From Spirochaetota bacterium (GTDB lineage: Bacteria; Spirochaetota; UBA12135; COTS27; CBDBHE01), in the NCBI GenBank assembly GCA_965205605.1, contig CBDBHE010000007.1, positions 678,917 through 742,916 of the forward strand: 64,000 nucleotides of DNA. Reading direction: 5' to 3'. A program made the position numbers and the translations under genes. Below, in pieces: positions 1-10,570 of this stretch. Position 1 is the first letter of the stretch; every line of letters begins with the position of its first letter. The notes beneath the pieces were generated by a model. The model was not told the DNA's origin. It searched no databases and worked only from the letters and a program-made list of their open reading frames with translations.

Positions 1-487
1 AAAGACCTACATTCTTTGGAATAAATCCCCCTTCAGTTAAAAAACCAATGCTATAAGGAATTATTTTAAAAAAACTAATATAAAAACCAAAAAAAATTAA
101 AAAACTACTGGCAATTAACGAATACAAAATAATTTTCTTTTCATAAGAATGTAAGCCTGGAAAAATAAAACGAATCAATTGAAGTAAATGAAAAGGCGAA
201 GTGATTAAAAGGCTACTTAATAAAGAAATTTTGATTTTTGTTGTGAATCCTTCAAAAATAGAATAAATATAAAGTTGGTTATTTTGGTTTGAAATCTTAC
301 TGATGCTTTCAAAAGGCTTTGAAAGAAAATCAATAATCCAAGTATAAAAAATAAAACAAAAACAGCTTCCTATGATTAAAGCGATTAAAGACATCATAAA
401 ACGATAACGCAATTCTTTCACATGATCTAAAAACTCCATTGTTTTTAAAGGCTCTGCTTTATGGGTAGATAGCTTTTTTTTTAGCAT
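1..487 (-). CDS. tatC: Twin-arginine translocase subunit TatC (partial, runs off window start)
   Basis: Manual translation from ATG at 487: MLKKKLSTHKAEPLKTMEFLDHVKELRYRF...FEGFTTKIKISL...PFHLLQLIRFIFPGLHSYEKK matches TatC HLxELRxR and FIxPGLxxxE motifs. Confidence 0.9.
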   Translation of the reverse strand, partial: MLKKKLSTHKAEPLKTMEFLDHVKELRYRFMMSLIALIIGSCFCFIFYTWIIDFLSKPFESISKISNQNNQLYIYSIFEGFTTKIKISLLSSLLITSPFHLLQLIRFIFPGLHSYEKKIILYSLIASSFLIFFGFYISFFKIIPYSIGFLTEGGFIPKNVGL

Positions 488-494
488 TTAAAAA

Positions 495-1676
495 TTAGGA
501 TTGATAAATACCAAGCAAGTATAAAATAGAAGCAATCGAATTATGATTAACGGTTTGTTTGGCTTTTTTTTGAACAATTTCTCTAGCATTAAAAGCAATC
601 CCAAGACCTGCTTTAGAAAGCATCAATAGATCATTAGCTCCGTCTCCTATGGCAACGGTTTGTTTAAGAGAGATCCCCTCTTTTTTGGCTAATTGTTCTA
701 AAATTTCACCTTTTTGTTTTGAATCAATAATGTTTCCTAAAACATTTCCGGTGAGTTGGTTGTTTTTGATTTCTAATTCGTTACCAAAAGCGTAATCAAT
801 TTTTAGTTTTTTTTTTAAAAATTGAGTGAAAAAAGAAAAACCTCCTGAAATAATAGCCGTTTTATACCCCAGATCTTTACAAGCATTCAACAGCTTTTCA
901 ATGGAAGGCGTTAAAGGTAGTTTTTTACTAATGGCTGTCATTTTAGTAGTTTTGAACCCTCTTAGTAAAGCTACTCTTTGAATCAATGATTTTTTAAAAT
1001 TCATTTTTCCCTCCATTGCTTTTTTAGTAATAGCAATAATTTCTTTTTCGACTCCCATTACTTTTGCCATTTCATCGATGACTTCAGTTGTGATAAGAGT
1101 TGAATCCATATCAAAAACGATGAGTCTTTTGTTAATTCGGTAAAGATTTTCTTCAATAAGAGCGATATCTACTTTATGTTGATGACTGACTTCAAAAAGG
1201 TTGTTTTTAATTTTGATGATTTTTTTTGTAGAAGGAATGTCTGCTGTAATTTCTAAAGAATTAAAAATACCTTTAGAGTTATTATTAATTTTATAAATAT
1301 TAACAAAATATTGCTTGAGTACTTTTGAAAGGTTACTTAAAAAAATAGCCGAAAGGTTTTTTTTTGAAATGCAATGAATCACAACTTTAGTTTTATGAAT
1401 TTTTTCTTTGATGCTTTTTAAATTAACAATTTTAAAATTAAGTAATAACTGGTTGTTTTTGGCTTCAAATAAAAGGTTTTTTAAAACGAGTTCGTTTTTA
1501 TTTTTGTTTAGATGAGTTTGAAGAATGATACTAAGAGATAAAAGCCCTTGAGAGGTTGATTGACTGAGGTCTAAGACTTCAAAATTGGCATCGGCAATAA
1601 TTTTCATCAGTCCATGAGTAATCCCAGGATGATCAATCCCACTGACAGTAATTAAGATACATTCTTTTTCTTTCAT
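495..1676 (-). CDS. serB: Phosphoserine phosphatase SerB with N-terminal ACT domains
   Basis: SGIDHPGIT ACT start; HAD motifs FDMDSTL, ISGGF, GDGANDL; ATG at 1676 preferred over the ORF-track start 1715, which overlaps uppP. Confidence 0.93.
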   Translation of the reverse strand: MKEKECILITVSGIDHPGITHGLMKIIADANFEVLDLSQSTSQGLLSLSIILQTHLNKNKNELVLKNLLFEAKNNQLLLNFKIVNLKSIKEKIHKTKVVIHCISKKNLSAIFLSNLSKVLKQYFVNIYKINNNSKGIFNSLEITADIPSTKKIIKIKNNLFEVSHQHKVDIALIEENLYRINKRLIVFDMDSTLITTEVIDEMAKVMGVEKEIIAITKKAMEGKMNFKKSLIQRVALLRGFKTTKMTAISKKLPLTPSIEKLLNACKDLGYKTAIISGGFSFFTQFLKKKLKIDYAFGNELEIKNNQLTGNVLGNIIDSKQKGEILEQLAKKEGISLKQTVAIGDGANDLLMLSKAGLGIAFNAREIVQKKAKQTVNHNSIASILYLLGIYQS

Positions 1677-1690
1677 TTTTTTTTTCAAAT

Positions 1691-2503
1691 TTAAAAAAAA
1701 CTTAAGTAAAAACAAAGAAGGGATAATAAAAATGTATAAAAACTAAACAGATAAATTTTCCCCCGTTCTACTATTTTTAAAAGAAGGATCAAAGCAATCA
1801 ATCCAAAACAAAAAGCACTAATACCACCTACAAGATAATGCCCCAAGGTTACCAAACCCCACTCACTTATATCTAAAGAAAAGCATTTAAGTAAGAAGGC
1901 TCCAAAAATAATAGGAACAGAGATCATCAATGAAAACTCAGCAGCTAATTTTTTATGAGATCCTAGGATTAAAGCCGTCGCAATGGTCATCCCTGACCTT
2001 GAAACTCCCGGTAAAACAGCAATTGCTTGTGATAATCCAACGATGATAGGAAATAAATATGGAAGTTGACTCAGATTTTTTTTTCCATTGGAATAAAAAT
2101 AAGCCATTGCTAGAAAAAAAGTCGTTATAAGATAAGAGGTACCAACTAAAGTCAGTGATTGAAAGTATGGTTCTAATTTTTTTTCAAATAAAACACCAGT
2201 TAGTCCTACTGGGATCATTGACACCATCATGAAAATTAAATATTTAAAAAGTTGTTTTTTTTCTTTGGGTTCAATGGTTTTTATTTTAAAGAGTTTGAAG
2301 AAACGAAAAAAATGTTTATAAAAAAGACAAAGAGTTGCAAGCATCGTTGCTGTGTGTAAAAAGATGTCATAAGTTAAATTAAGCTTTTGAGTATTTAAAT
2401 GTAATAAGTGTTTGGCTATTTGTAAATGACCAGAACTCGAAATAGGTAAAAACTCACTGATCCCTTGAATAAGACCTAATAAAAAATCGTAAATAAAAAG
2501 CAA
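1691..2503 (-). CDS. uppP: Undecaprenyl-diphosphate phosphatase (BacA)
   Basis: GLIQGISEFLPISSSGH and PGVSRSGMT motifs; multi-TM. Confidence 0.95.
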   Translation of the reverse strand: MLFIYDFLLGLIQGISEFLPISSSGHLQIAKHLLHLNTQKLNLTYDIFLHTATMLATLCLFYKHFFRFFKLFKIKTIEPKEKKQLFKYLIFMMVSMIPVGLTGVLFEKKLEPYFQSLTLVGTSYLITTFFLAMAYFYSNGKKNLSQLPYLFPIIVGLSQAIAVLPGVSRSGMTIATALILGSHKKLAAEFSLMISVPIIFGAFLLKCFSLDISEWGLVTLGHYLVGGISAFCFGLIALILLLKIVERGKIYLFSFYTFLLSLLCFYLSFF

Positions 2504-2506
2504 TGG

Positions 2507-2533
2507 TTAATTTAATTTAATTTAATTTAATTT
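2507..2533. repeat. (TTAAT)5 pentanucleotide tandem repeat immediately upstream of uppP start
   Basis: ttaatttaatttaatttaatttaattt read directly. Confidence 0.7.
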
Positions 2534-2550
2534 CTATAAACATTATTATA

Positions 2551-3120
2551 CTATTTTCTTACTCTTTGGATGAAATTTGTAAACTGATAATTGAGAATTA
2601 TTTGATTTTTTTTTTTAAAAGTAATATTAAAGGTATGGTAAGTTTTAGGAACGACTGGGAAAATAAGATAAAAATTAGTTGAGGTTTTAGAAGGGAGGAT
2701 AATTTCTTTTTGGTGATTGAAGAAGGCTTCTTTTTTGAAGCTAAAGAAAAGCGTTTTTGGGAATTTTTTTTTGTAAGTTTGATGGTTATAGGCTTTGATT
2801 TTATTGTTTGAATAGTTTAAAAAAATAGTATTGGGATTAAATTTAAAAGGAGTGGTTTGTAAGTTTTTGAGTTTTAATTTAAATAATAAAGCATAGGGAA
2901 AAGAGCTTAAAAAATTGGTTTGGGTGACCTTTTTTTTTGGAGGATTAATCATTTTATGAAAGTAATCTTTCATAGGAATGTACTTAATGGAAGATTCGAG
3001 GTGAGAGTTATTTTTTTTGTAAGTTAATTGAGATTGAGTGGGTTTTATTTTTTTTTCTAAGTAAAAAGTAGTGCTACAGTGAAACAAACCAAACAAAATA
3101 ATTAATAATAAAAGCTTCAT
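2551..3120 (-). CDS. Hypothetical putative lipoprotein
   Basis: MKLLLLIILFGLFHC signal/lipobox-like N-terminus; no recognised domain. Confidence 0.55.
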   Translation of the reverse strand: MKLLLLIILFGLFHCSTTFYLEKKIKPTQSQLTYKKNNSHLESSIKYIPMKDYFHKMINPPKKKVTQTNFLSSFPYALLFKLKLKNLQTTPFKFNPNTIFLNYSNNKIKAYNHQTYKKKFPKTLFFSFKKEAFFNHQKEIILPSKTSTNFYLIFPVVPKTYHTFNITFKKKNQIILNYQFTNFIQRVRK

Positions 3121-3212
3121 GAGTAAGATTGAGGGATTTAATAATTAATAGTAAGATAAAACATCTATTTTTTTAATAACAAGGCTTTTTTTTAAAAAAA
3201 TAAATCGTTATT

Positions 3213-4208
3213 ATGTCAGATGTCGTTTTAACAGGAATCAAGCCCACCGGTCAGGTTCATATAGGAAATTATATTGGGGCGATACGACCTGCTTTAAAAT
3301 TAAAAGAAACATATCAAGCTTTTTATTTTATTGCCGATTATCATGCCCTTAATTCGATTAAAGAAGCGAGTGTTTTAGAAGAGCAAACCTATCAAATAGC
3401 GGCGACGTGGCTTGCTTGTGGTCTTAAAGCAGAAGAAGTTGTTTTTTATCGGCAGTCTGATATTCCTGAGATTGCCCAACTAGCTTTTATTTTAACAAAT
3501 TTTACTGCCAAAGGTCTTATGAATCGAGCGCACGCTTATAAAGCCATCGTTGATGACAATATTAAAAAAGGCAATGACTCTGATAAAAAAGTTAATATGG
3601 GTCTTTTTATGTATCCTATTTTAATGGCAGCGGATATTCTTCTTTTTGATACCGATATGGTTCCTATTGGAAGGGATCAAGAACAACATATTGAAATTAC
3701 TCGTGATATTGCTTTATTTTATAATCAAAATTATAACCATGCTCTTTTTAAACTTCCAAAAAGTTTTGTTGAACGTTCCCAAGGAGAAATCCCAGGAACT
3801 GATGGAAGAAAAATGAGTAAAAGTTATCAAAATACCATTCCTTTATTTGCTTCAGAAAAAGAATTAAAAAAAATAATTATGAAAATTCCCACTAATTCGC
3901 AATCTATCGAGGCTCCTAAAGATCCTAAGAATTGTCTCTTGTATACTTTTTTTTGTTTGTTTGCTTCTTTAGAAGAACAAAAAACACTTTCAAAACAATA
4001 TTTAGCTGGAGGCATTGGATGGGGGGACATTAAAATACGATTATTTGATGTGATCAATCAAGCCTTAAAGCCTATTAGACAAGATTATGAAGAATGGATT
4101 TTTGATAAAGAAAAAATTAAGATTATTCTTGAATTGGGTCGAGAAAAAGCAAGAAAACTAGCAAAAGCTAAAATGAAAGAAATCCGAAAAGTAATCGGAT
4201 TTAATTAA
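3213..4208 (+). CDS. trpS: Tryptophan--tRNA ligase
   Basis: TGIKPTG, HIGN, YPILMAADIL, KMSKS. Confidence 0.97.
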   Translation: MSDVVLTGIKPTGQVHIGNYIGAIRPALKLKETYQAFYFIADYHALNSIKEASVLEEQTYQIAATWLACGLKAEEVVFYRQSDIPEIAQLAFILTNFTAKGLMNRAHAYKAIVDDNIKKGNDSDKKVNMGLFMYPILMAADILLFDTDMVPIGRDQEQHIEITRDIALFYNQNYNHALFKLPKSFVERSQGEIPGTDGRKMSKSYQNTIPLFASEKELKKIIMKIPTNSQSIEAPKDPKNCLLYTFFCLFASLEEQKTLSKQYLAGGIGWGDIKIRLFDVINQALKPIRQDYEEWIFDKEKIKIILELGREKARKLAKAKMKEIRKVIGFN

Positions 4209-4213
4209 AAAAA

Positions 4214-5473
4214 ATGTTAAACCCAAAGTTTATTAGGGACCATTTAAACATCGTATCAGCTTCTTTTAAAAAAAGAGGTTTGAATGAAAACTTAAATACC
4301 TTTTACCTTTTAGAAGAGCAAAGACGAAAATTCATTAAACAAATAGAAGATAAAAAAGCCATTAGAAATAAAGTTTCTAAAGAAATTGGACTACAAAAAG
4401 ATCAACGAGGGCTTAAAAAAACTCTTTTAGACCAGATGAAACGATTGGCTTTAGAAATTAAAAAAGACGAACAAATTCTCACTCAAGTGGAACAAAAAGT
4501 TTTTGATTGTTGTTTGCATTTTCCAAATCTTCTTGCAGATGAAGTCCCAGAAGGACAAGGAGCAAAAGATAATCAAGAGATCAGGCAATGGGGGAAACCT
4601 AAAGAATTTTCTTTTCAAGTCAAAGATCATGTTTTTTTAGCAGAAGAGCTTGATCTTATTGATTTTAAAAGAGGGGCTAAGACAAGTGGTCGTAATTTTG
4701 TTTTTATGAAAGTACTCGGTGCCAAGCTGGAAAGAGCTTTGATTGCTTTTTTTTTGGATGAAAATATCAAAAAAGGCTATCAAGAATATGCTTGTCCTTT
4801 TATTGTCAATGAAGAAAGTTTAATCGCAACAGGGCAGCTACCTAAATTTAAAAAAGATTTATTTCAACTTAAAACAAAATCCCCTTTTTATCTAATTCCC
4901 ACTACAGAGGTTCCTTTAACTAATTTATTTAGAAATGAAATTATACAAGCAACATCGCTTCCGATTAAACTAACAGGAGTTTCTGCTTGCTTTAGAGAAG
5001 AAGCTGGAGCTAGTGGAATCGAAACTAAGGGAATCATTAGGCAACATCAATTTAATAAAGTAGAGCTTGTGAAAATAACCAAACCAGAACATTCTAAGCA
5101 AGAACACGAATCCCTTTTAGACGATGTTGAAGATTTACTTAAAAAACTTAAACTTCCGTATCGAGTCATGCTTTTATGCTCAAAAGAGACAGGGTTTGGA
5201 GCTTATAAGTGTTATGATGTAGAAGTTTGGTTGCCTTCTAAAAAAGGTTATGTTGAGATTTCTTCTTGTTCTAATTTTTTAGATTTTCAAGCCAATCGAG
5301 CTTTGATTCGTTATAAAGCAGAGAAGGAGAATATTCCTGTGCATACTTTAAATGCTTCTGCTTTGGCAGTGGGGAGGACGATTGTGGCGATTTTGGAAAA
5401 TTATCAAAATGAACAAGGTCGTATCGAAGTCCCAGAAGTTTTAAGTCCTTATTTAGGAAAAAAAATTATTTAA
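4214..5473 (+). CDS. serS: Serine--tRNA ligase
   Basis: N-terminal coiled coil; LIPTTEVP, FREEAG, RQHQFNKVE, EISSCSN, HTLNAS. Confidence 0.97.
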   Translation: MLNPKFIRDHLNIVSASFKKRGLNENLNTFYLLEEQRRKFIKQIEDKKAIRNKVSKEIGLQKDQRGLKKTLLDQMKRLALEIKKDEQILTQVEQKVFDCCLHFPNLLADEVPEGQGAKDNQEIRQWGKPKEFSFQVKDHVFLAEELDLIDFKRGAKTSGRNFVFMKVLGAKLERALIAFFLDENIKKGYQEYACPFIVNEESLIATGQLPKFKKDLFQLKTKSPFYLIPTTEVPLTNLFRNEIIQATSLPIKLTGVSACFREEAGASGIETKGIIRQHQFNKVELVKITKPEHSKQEHESLLDDVEDLLKKLKLPYRVMLLCSKETGFGAYKCYDVEVWLPSKKGYVEISSCSNFLDFQANRALIRYKAEKENIPVHTLNASALAVGRTIVAILENYQNEQGRIEVPEVLSPYLGKKII

Positions 5474-5829
5474 AAAGGGAATAAACGAGGTTTATCAATT
5501 TTTTTTTTTAGTAACACTTCTTCAATTTGCCTCATTCGGTTGTCTTCGTATGATTCATCTAAAAGGCTTTCGTATTTTTTAAAAATTTCTTCTGGGATTA
5601 TTTTTGCTAATTCTTTAATAAGGTCCAGGGTTTTAGTATAAAGTATAAGAGAGCCTCTTTTTGAATGAGAGTTTTTAATTAAAATGTTTAAACTACTAAA
5701 AAGACAAACAAAGGCATTGATTTTTTTTTTTCTTTCTTGGGCAGAAACTAGGTTTTGGTAATACTCTTCAATATAAGCATTCAAAGGGTGAGAATAAACA
5801 TGTTTTTTAATAGATTCAATGGTATTCAT
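5470..5829 (-). CDS. Hypothetical protein
   Basis: 119-aa ORF with AAGGA upstream of ATG; no recognised motif. Confidence 0.55.
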   Translation of the reverse strand: MNTIESIKKHVYSHPLNAYIEEYYQNLVSAQERKKKINAFVCLFSSLNILIKNSHSKRGSLILYTKTLDLIKELAKIIPEEIFKKYESLLDESYEDNRMRQIEEVLLKKKIDKPRLFPF

Positions 5830-5881
5830 ATGAATTTATCCTTTATCAGTATCGGATTTGAAAACAGTAAAATAAAAGATA

Positions 5882-6988
5882 ATGCTTAAGAGCGTTAAAC
5901 AAGCCGTTCTTTATGATATTATTCTTCCTTTTATGAGTCGAGAGCAAACGCTGAGTCGTTTAAAAGAAACAGAAAATCTTTTGGAGACTTACGGGGGGGT
6001 TGTTTTAGTAAAAATCATCCAAAGAAGACATCATGCAGGAAGTACTAGTTTTATTGGTCGCAGTAAGTTTCAGGAAATTATTGAGATTTCTAAAGAGATT
6101 AAAGCGAATTTACTGATTATTAACGCATCCCTTAAACCATCTCAAATCTATTATTTAAGTGCTCACTTAGAAAATATTCGTTTAAAATTAGAAGTTTGGG
6201 ATCGAATTGATCTGATTTTAAATATTTTTAGAAAACATGCTAAAACAGCTGAAGCTAAATTACAAATCGAAATGGCAAATATCAAACACTATGGCCCCAG
6301 AATCTATGGCATGGGTGAAGAACTCAGTAATCAAGCCGGTGGGATTGGTACAAAAGGAATTGGAGAAACCAACACAGAAATCATGAAGCGCTATTTATCA
6401 AATCGAAAAAAAATAATTTCTCAAAAAATGAATCAACTTAAAAAAAGTAGACAACTTAATCGAAAACGAAGAGCTAAAAATGGCTTTAAAACCATTTCTC
6501 TTATTGGTTACACCAATGCAGGAAAGTCTTCTTTGTTTAATGCTTTAACCAAAAGAAAAGTAGGGGTCAAAAATGTTCTTTTTTCTACTTTGGATACCAC
6601 GACTTCAAAACTCTTTTTACCTAAGACTAAAAAAATGGCTCTTGTTTCAGATACCATCGGTTTTATTCAAAACCTACCTCCAAAATTAATTGATGCTTTT
6701 AAGTCTACTTTAGAAGAAACACTGTATGCCGATTTAATTTTAAATGTCGTTGATATTAATGATCCTTGTTTTGAAGAAAAAATTGAACATTCAAAAATGT
6801 TTTTAGTTGATTTGCAGTGTCAGGGTAAAAAAATGATTTATGTTTTTAATAAATGTGATTTAATCCAAAAAAAGCCTGAGTTTAATCGACATGATTTTAA
6901 GTATTTGCCTTATGTGATGGTTTCAGCTAAAAAATTGCTTTATTTAAAAAATCTCATTTTATTCATTGAAAAAATTTTGTATAAATAA
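5882..6988 (+). CDS. hflX: GTPase HflX
   Basis: DRIDLILNIF, EAKLQIE, GIGTKGIGET, GYTNAGKSS, DTIGFI, NKCD. Confidence 0.96.
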   Translation: MLKSVKQAVLYDIILPFMSREQTLSRLKETENLLETYGGVVLVKIIQRRHHAGSTSFIGRSKFQEIIEISKEIKANLLIINASLKPSQIYYLSAHLENIRLKLEVWDRIDLILNIFRKHAKTAEAKLQIEMANIKHYGPRIYGMGEELSNQAGGIGTKGIGETNTEIMKRYLSNRKKIISQKMNQLKKSRQLNRKRRAKNGFKTISLIGYTNAGKSSLFNALTKRKVGVKNVLFSTLDTTTSKLFLPKTKKMALVSDTIGFIQNLPPKLIDAFKSTLEETLYADLILNVVDINDPCFEEKIEHSKMFLVDLQCQGKKMIYVFNKCDLIQKKPEFNRHDFKYLPYVMVSAKKLLYLKNLILFIEKILYK

Positions 6989-7011
6989 ATTGTAGATAAT
7001 AGAATGAAAAA

Positions 7012-8086
7012 ATGTTAAATCGTATTTTGTATTTAAGTAGTCTTGTTAGTTTTTTAGCGGGTTTAGTTTTTTTGCAGGTCCATTAGGACTTGGAGTTAGG
7101 GAAGAGTTTATTTTTTTTCGTTTGTTTAGTGTTGTTCAGCGATATGTTTTTAATTTAGGGGTGATGCTATTTTGTTTTTCTGTTTTTTTTCCCATTTTCC
7201 AGATGGGTTTAGATTTCTTTTTTAAATTTAAAGAAAATGCTTTGGTCAATTCTATTAAAAACCCTGATATTAGCACAAATGTTTTAGGAAGTTTGGTGGG
7301 TCTTAGTTGGGTTTATTTTTATTTTTTTAAAGATTTTTCTTTTTTAAAAAAAGGAAAAGTTTTATTTGAAAAAAAGCTTTCTTTTTTTATGGGGGCTGTA
7401 TTGTTGTTAGGTATTGGTTTTGCTGTAGGAACAGGATCACATCTAATAACGAACGGCTTCTTTTTCACCCCTATTTTTAGGGTTGAATCTTTTACTTATT
7501 TATTTTATTTTATGTGCATACTGAGGGTTTTAAAAAAGGAAGGGTCGTTGTTAGTTTTGTTTTTTTTAATTTTAATAGCAAGTTTAATCTTGGTAGGAGA
7601 GATCATTTTACTAAAGACAAGAGGCTTGCTTATTCAAAGTATAGCCCTTATCTTAAAGGGGTCAAGATAGAAAAACAATTTGCAAATACAGTGGATTAAC
7701 TTTGGTTGACTTTAAAAGAAATTGGGTATGATTTTAAAAAAGATCGAGTGAATGTGTATCATTCTATACCTGTGATGGCTTCAATTTTGGGTCTTCAGAT
7801 TTATGGGTGGCCTTTTCAAGGGTTTGTTCAGTACCCGATTTTTCAAAAAAGAAGTCTTTTTTGGATCAAGTGTCATGATTATTTTTCGCCAGATGAAAAG
7901 ATTAGGAACCTTTATTTGATTAAGGTAAAAGAAGGGGATTTTTTTGAAGGATTTGAAGCAGCTTTTTTATCTAAAGCAAAACCAAGTTTGAATTTTAAAG
8001 TATATCCTCTAGGGCGAGTCCATAGGAAAATTTTTAGAGGCGAGGTTTTTTTGCAACTCATGGGACCACATACTTACTTAAAGTAG
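7012..8086 (+). pseudogene. Fragmented membrane protein gene (covers ORF-track pieces 7122-7670, 7514-7699, 7706-8086)
   Basis: ATG at 7012 shifts frame near the T-run at ~7067-7073 into the 7122 ORF; second shift near 7620-7660; in-frame TAA at 7697-7699 separates 7514-7699 from the same-frame 7706-8086. Confidence 0.55.
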
Positions 8087-8167
8087 TCTTTTTAATATCT
8101 TTTTTAAGATTGATTGGTTTTTTTTAAGAAAAAATTATAAGATTTAATGATTTCAAAGAAAAATTAA

Positions 8168-8241
8168 GCGGGAATAGCTCAGTTGGCTAGAGCGGCTGCT
8201 TGCCAAGTAGCAGGTCGCGGGTTCAAATCCCGTTTCCCGCT
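8168..8241 (+). tRNA. tRNA-Gly(GCC)
   Basis: GCGGGAA/TTCCCGC acceptor stem, gctgc-ttGCCaa-gtagc anticodon arm, GGTTCAAATCC T-arm; CCA not encoded. Confidence 0.96.
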
Positions 8242-8269
8242 CTTTTTTTTAAAAAAAAGATGAAAATTT

Positions 8270-8668
8270 TTGATGAATTTAAGCCAAGATTCTAATAATT
8301 TCCATGAAAAAAAACAAAAAAAACCTTTTTTTACTTCTAAAGAAAGAATTGCCTTAATTCATAAAGGCAATTATCTTTTTAATCAAAAAAAATATCTTAT
8401 AGCTGAAAAAATTTTCAGATCGGTTTTATATCAAGATGGGCTTATTCGACTCGCTCAACATTATTTTCATTTAAAAAATTATTTTAGAGCCGTTGATCTT
8501 TTTCGTTTGGCCAAGTATGTAAAAGGAGAATATGCTTGTTATCAAAAACTAGGTTTTTTAGATAAAACCCTTACTTTTGAAAGAAAAGAAGATTATGAAA
8601 AAGCAGATAAACAAATTAGTAAAAAATTAGCGTTTGTGATTTCAAAAGTGATGAAAGAAGATTTATAA
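8270..8668 (+). CDS. Hypothetical TPR-like helical protein
   Basis: RIALIHKGNYLFN...AEKIF...YQDGLIRLAQHY pattern, resembling a small conserved spirochaete protein (from memory). Confidence 0.6.
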   Translation: MMNLSQDSNNFHEKKQKKPFFTSKERIALIHKGNYLFNQKKYLIAEKIFRSVLYQDGLIRLAQHYFHLKNYFRAVDLFRLAKYVKGEYACYQKLGFLDKTLTFERKEDYEKADKQISKKLAFVISKVMKEDL

Positions 8669-9628
8669 AATTCCTTCTGTTTCTTTAAATCCGAGCATTA
8701 AGTTTATATTTTGTATGGCTGATAAAGCAGCTCCTTTGCCTAAGTTGTCTAAAAAAACATACACCATGAAATAATCTTTTTGATCACAGGCGAGAGCAAT
8801 ATTGATAAAATTGCTTTTGTTGTTAATAGAAGGGTTTAGGAAGATTTCTTTTTCTAAAGGAAGGTCATTAATTTGATTGATTTTAATAAAAGGTTTTTGT
8901 TTGTAAAAGGCATGATAAGTTTTTAGAAGAGAGTTGAGAGAGGTGTTTTTTTTAAACATGGTTTTTTGGTTTAAAGGAATGGAAAGTAATAGTCCTCGAT
9001 AAAAATTACCGACCATTGGTTGAAAAAAAGGTTTTTGTAAAAGACCAGTATGAAGTTTCATTTCTGCTAAATGTTTGTGGGAGAAATTTAGAGTATAAGG
9101 GAGGGGAGAGAAATGGTTTATTTTTTTGAGCCATTTTTTTTGACGAAAATAAGAAATTAATTTTTTACCTCCACCAGAGTAACCTGAGATTCCTGTAAAA
9201 GAAACGACAGTATTTTGTAAAAGAATATTTTTTTTTACAAGAGGGGCGATGGCAGCGATAAAAGCGATGGCATAGCAGCCTGGGTTAGTAATGTAGGTTG
9301 ATGTTTGGATTTTTTTTTTAATATTATTATTCAGCTCAGGAAATCCATAAGTCCATTGTTTGTGAGTTCTATAGGCGGTACTGGTGTCTAAGATTTTGGT
9401 TTTGATATTTTCTTTTTGAAGAAAGTTAATGACTTGTTTAGAAGCGTCATCGGGCAAACAAAGAATGATGGCATCGGCATGTTGATAAAAGTTTTTTTTA
9501 ATTTTTAAGTTTTTTTGATCTTTTTGTTTTGCTTTGATGATTTCAATAAAAGGGTGTTTTTTAAGTTTTAAAGCCAGCTCGAGACCGGTTGTGCCGTAAT
9601 GACCGTCAATAAAAATTTTTTTTTTCAT
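8663..9628 (-). CDS. argC: N-acetyl-gamma-glutamyl-phosphate reductase (type 2)
   Basis: IFIDGHYGTTGL, STAYRT, YGFPEL, NPGCY, SGYSGGGK, DNLGKGA. Confidence 0.95.
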   Translation of the reverse strand: MKKKIFIDGHYGTTGLELALKLKKHPFIEIIKAKQKDQKNLKIKKNFYQHADAIILCLPDDASKQVINFLQKENIKTKILDTSTAYRTHKQWTYGFPELNNNIKKKIQTSTYITNPGCYAIAFIAAIAPLVKKNILLQNTVVSFTGISGYSGGGKKLISYFRQKKWLKKINHFSPLPYTLNFSHKHLAEMKLHTGLLQKPFFQPMVGNFYRGLLLSIPLNQKTMFKKNTSLNSLLKTYHAFYKQKPFIKINQINDLPLEKEIFLNPSINNKSNFINIALACDQKDYFMVYVFLDNLGKGAALSAIQNINLMLGFKETEGIL

Positions 9629-9659
9629 TAACTTTTTTAGAGAAAAAATATCTTAATGG

Positions 9660-10538
9660 TTATTTAGAAAGGACTTCTTTGACTACCTTCCCAATGGTTG
9701 CAGGAGAAAAGCTAATGTGAATGCCGCAATGTTGCATAATTTTTATTTTAGCATCCGCTGATTCATCTGCTCCGGATACGATGGCCCCAGCATGCCCCAT
9801 TCTTCTGCCTGGAGGGGCTGTTTTTCCAGCAATAAAGCCAATCACTGGTTTGCTAATTTTTTCTTTTACATGATAAGAAGCTTCAATTTCCATTGAGCCT
9901 CCAATTTCTCCAATCAGTACGATGGCTTTTGTTTGAGAGTCTTCTTCAAACATTTGTAGCAAATCTTTCATGTTAGTCCCAATGAGTGGATCACCCCCAA
10001 TACCAATACAAGTTGATTGTCCAAGACCGACTTCACAAAGTTGGTGGACGGCTTCATAAGTGAGAGTTCCTGATTTTGAAATGACTCCGATATCACCTGG
10101 TTTGGCGATAAAGCCAGGCATGATGCCTGCTTTGGCTTGATTTGGAGTAAGAATACCAGGGCAATTAGGTCCAATTAAGACGGAGTTGGTTGCTCTTAAA
10201 AATGAAATGACTTCTAACATATCTTTCACAGGGATCCCTTCTGTGATACAAACGATTAAAGGGATTTTTGCCATAGCCGCTTCAATAATGGCATCAGCTG
10301 CAAAAAAAGGTGGCACAAAAATAAGGGAAACATTGGCTTTTGTTTTTTTTACGGCTTGCTTACAAGTATCAAAAACAGGGATTTGATTGTCTAAAACCTT
10401 TTGTCCCCCTTTGCCAGGAGTGACACCTGCTACAACATTGTTTCCATAATCTTGACATTGTTTGGCATGAAAGCTTCCTTCAGTGCCAGTGATCCCTTGA
10501 ACTAAAATCTTTGAGTTTTTATCGAGTAAAATCGCCAT
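9660..10538 (-). CDS. sucD: Succinyl-CoA synthetase alpha subunit
   Basis: [29 protein letters not shown]. Confidence 0.97.
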   Translation of the reverse strand: MAILLDKNSKILVQGITGTEGSFHAKQCQDYGNNVVAGVTPGKGGQKVLDNQIPVFDTCKQAVKKTKANVSLIFVPPFFAADAIIEAAMAKIPLIVCITEGIPVKDMLEVISFLRATNSVLIGPNCPGILTPNQAKAGIMPGFIAKPGDIGVISKSGTLTYEAVHQLCEVGLGQSTCIGIGGDPLIGTNMKDLLQMFEEDSQTKAIVLIGEIGGSMEIEASYHVKEKISKPVIGFIAGKTAPPGRRMGHAGAIVSGADESADAKIKIMQHCGIHISFSPATIGKVVKEVLSK

Positions 10539-10570
10539 GATGCTTTATAATACCTCTTTATGAAATCTTT

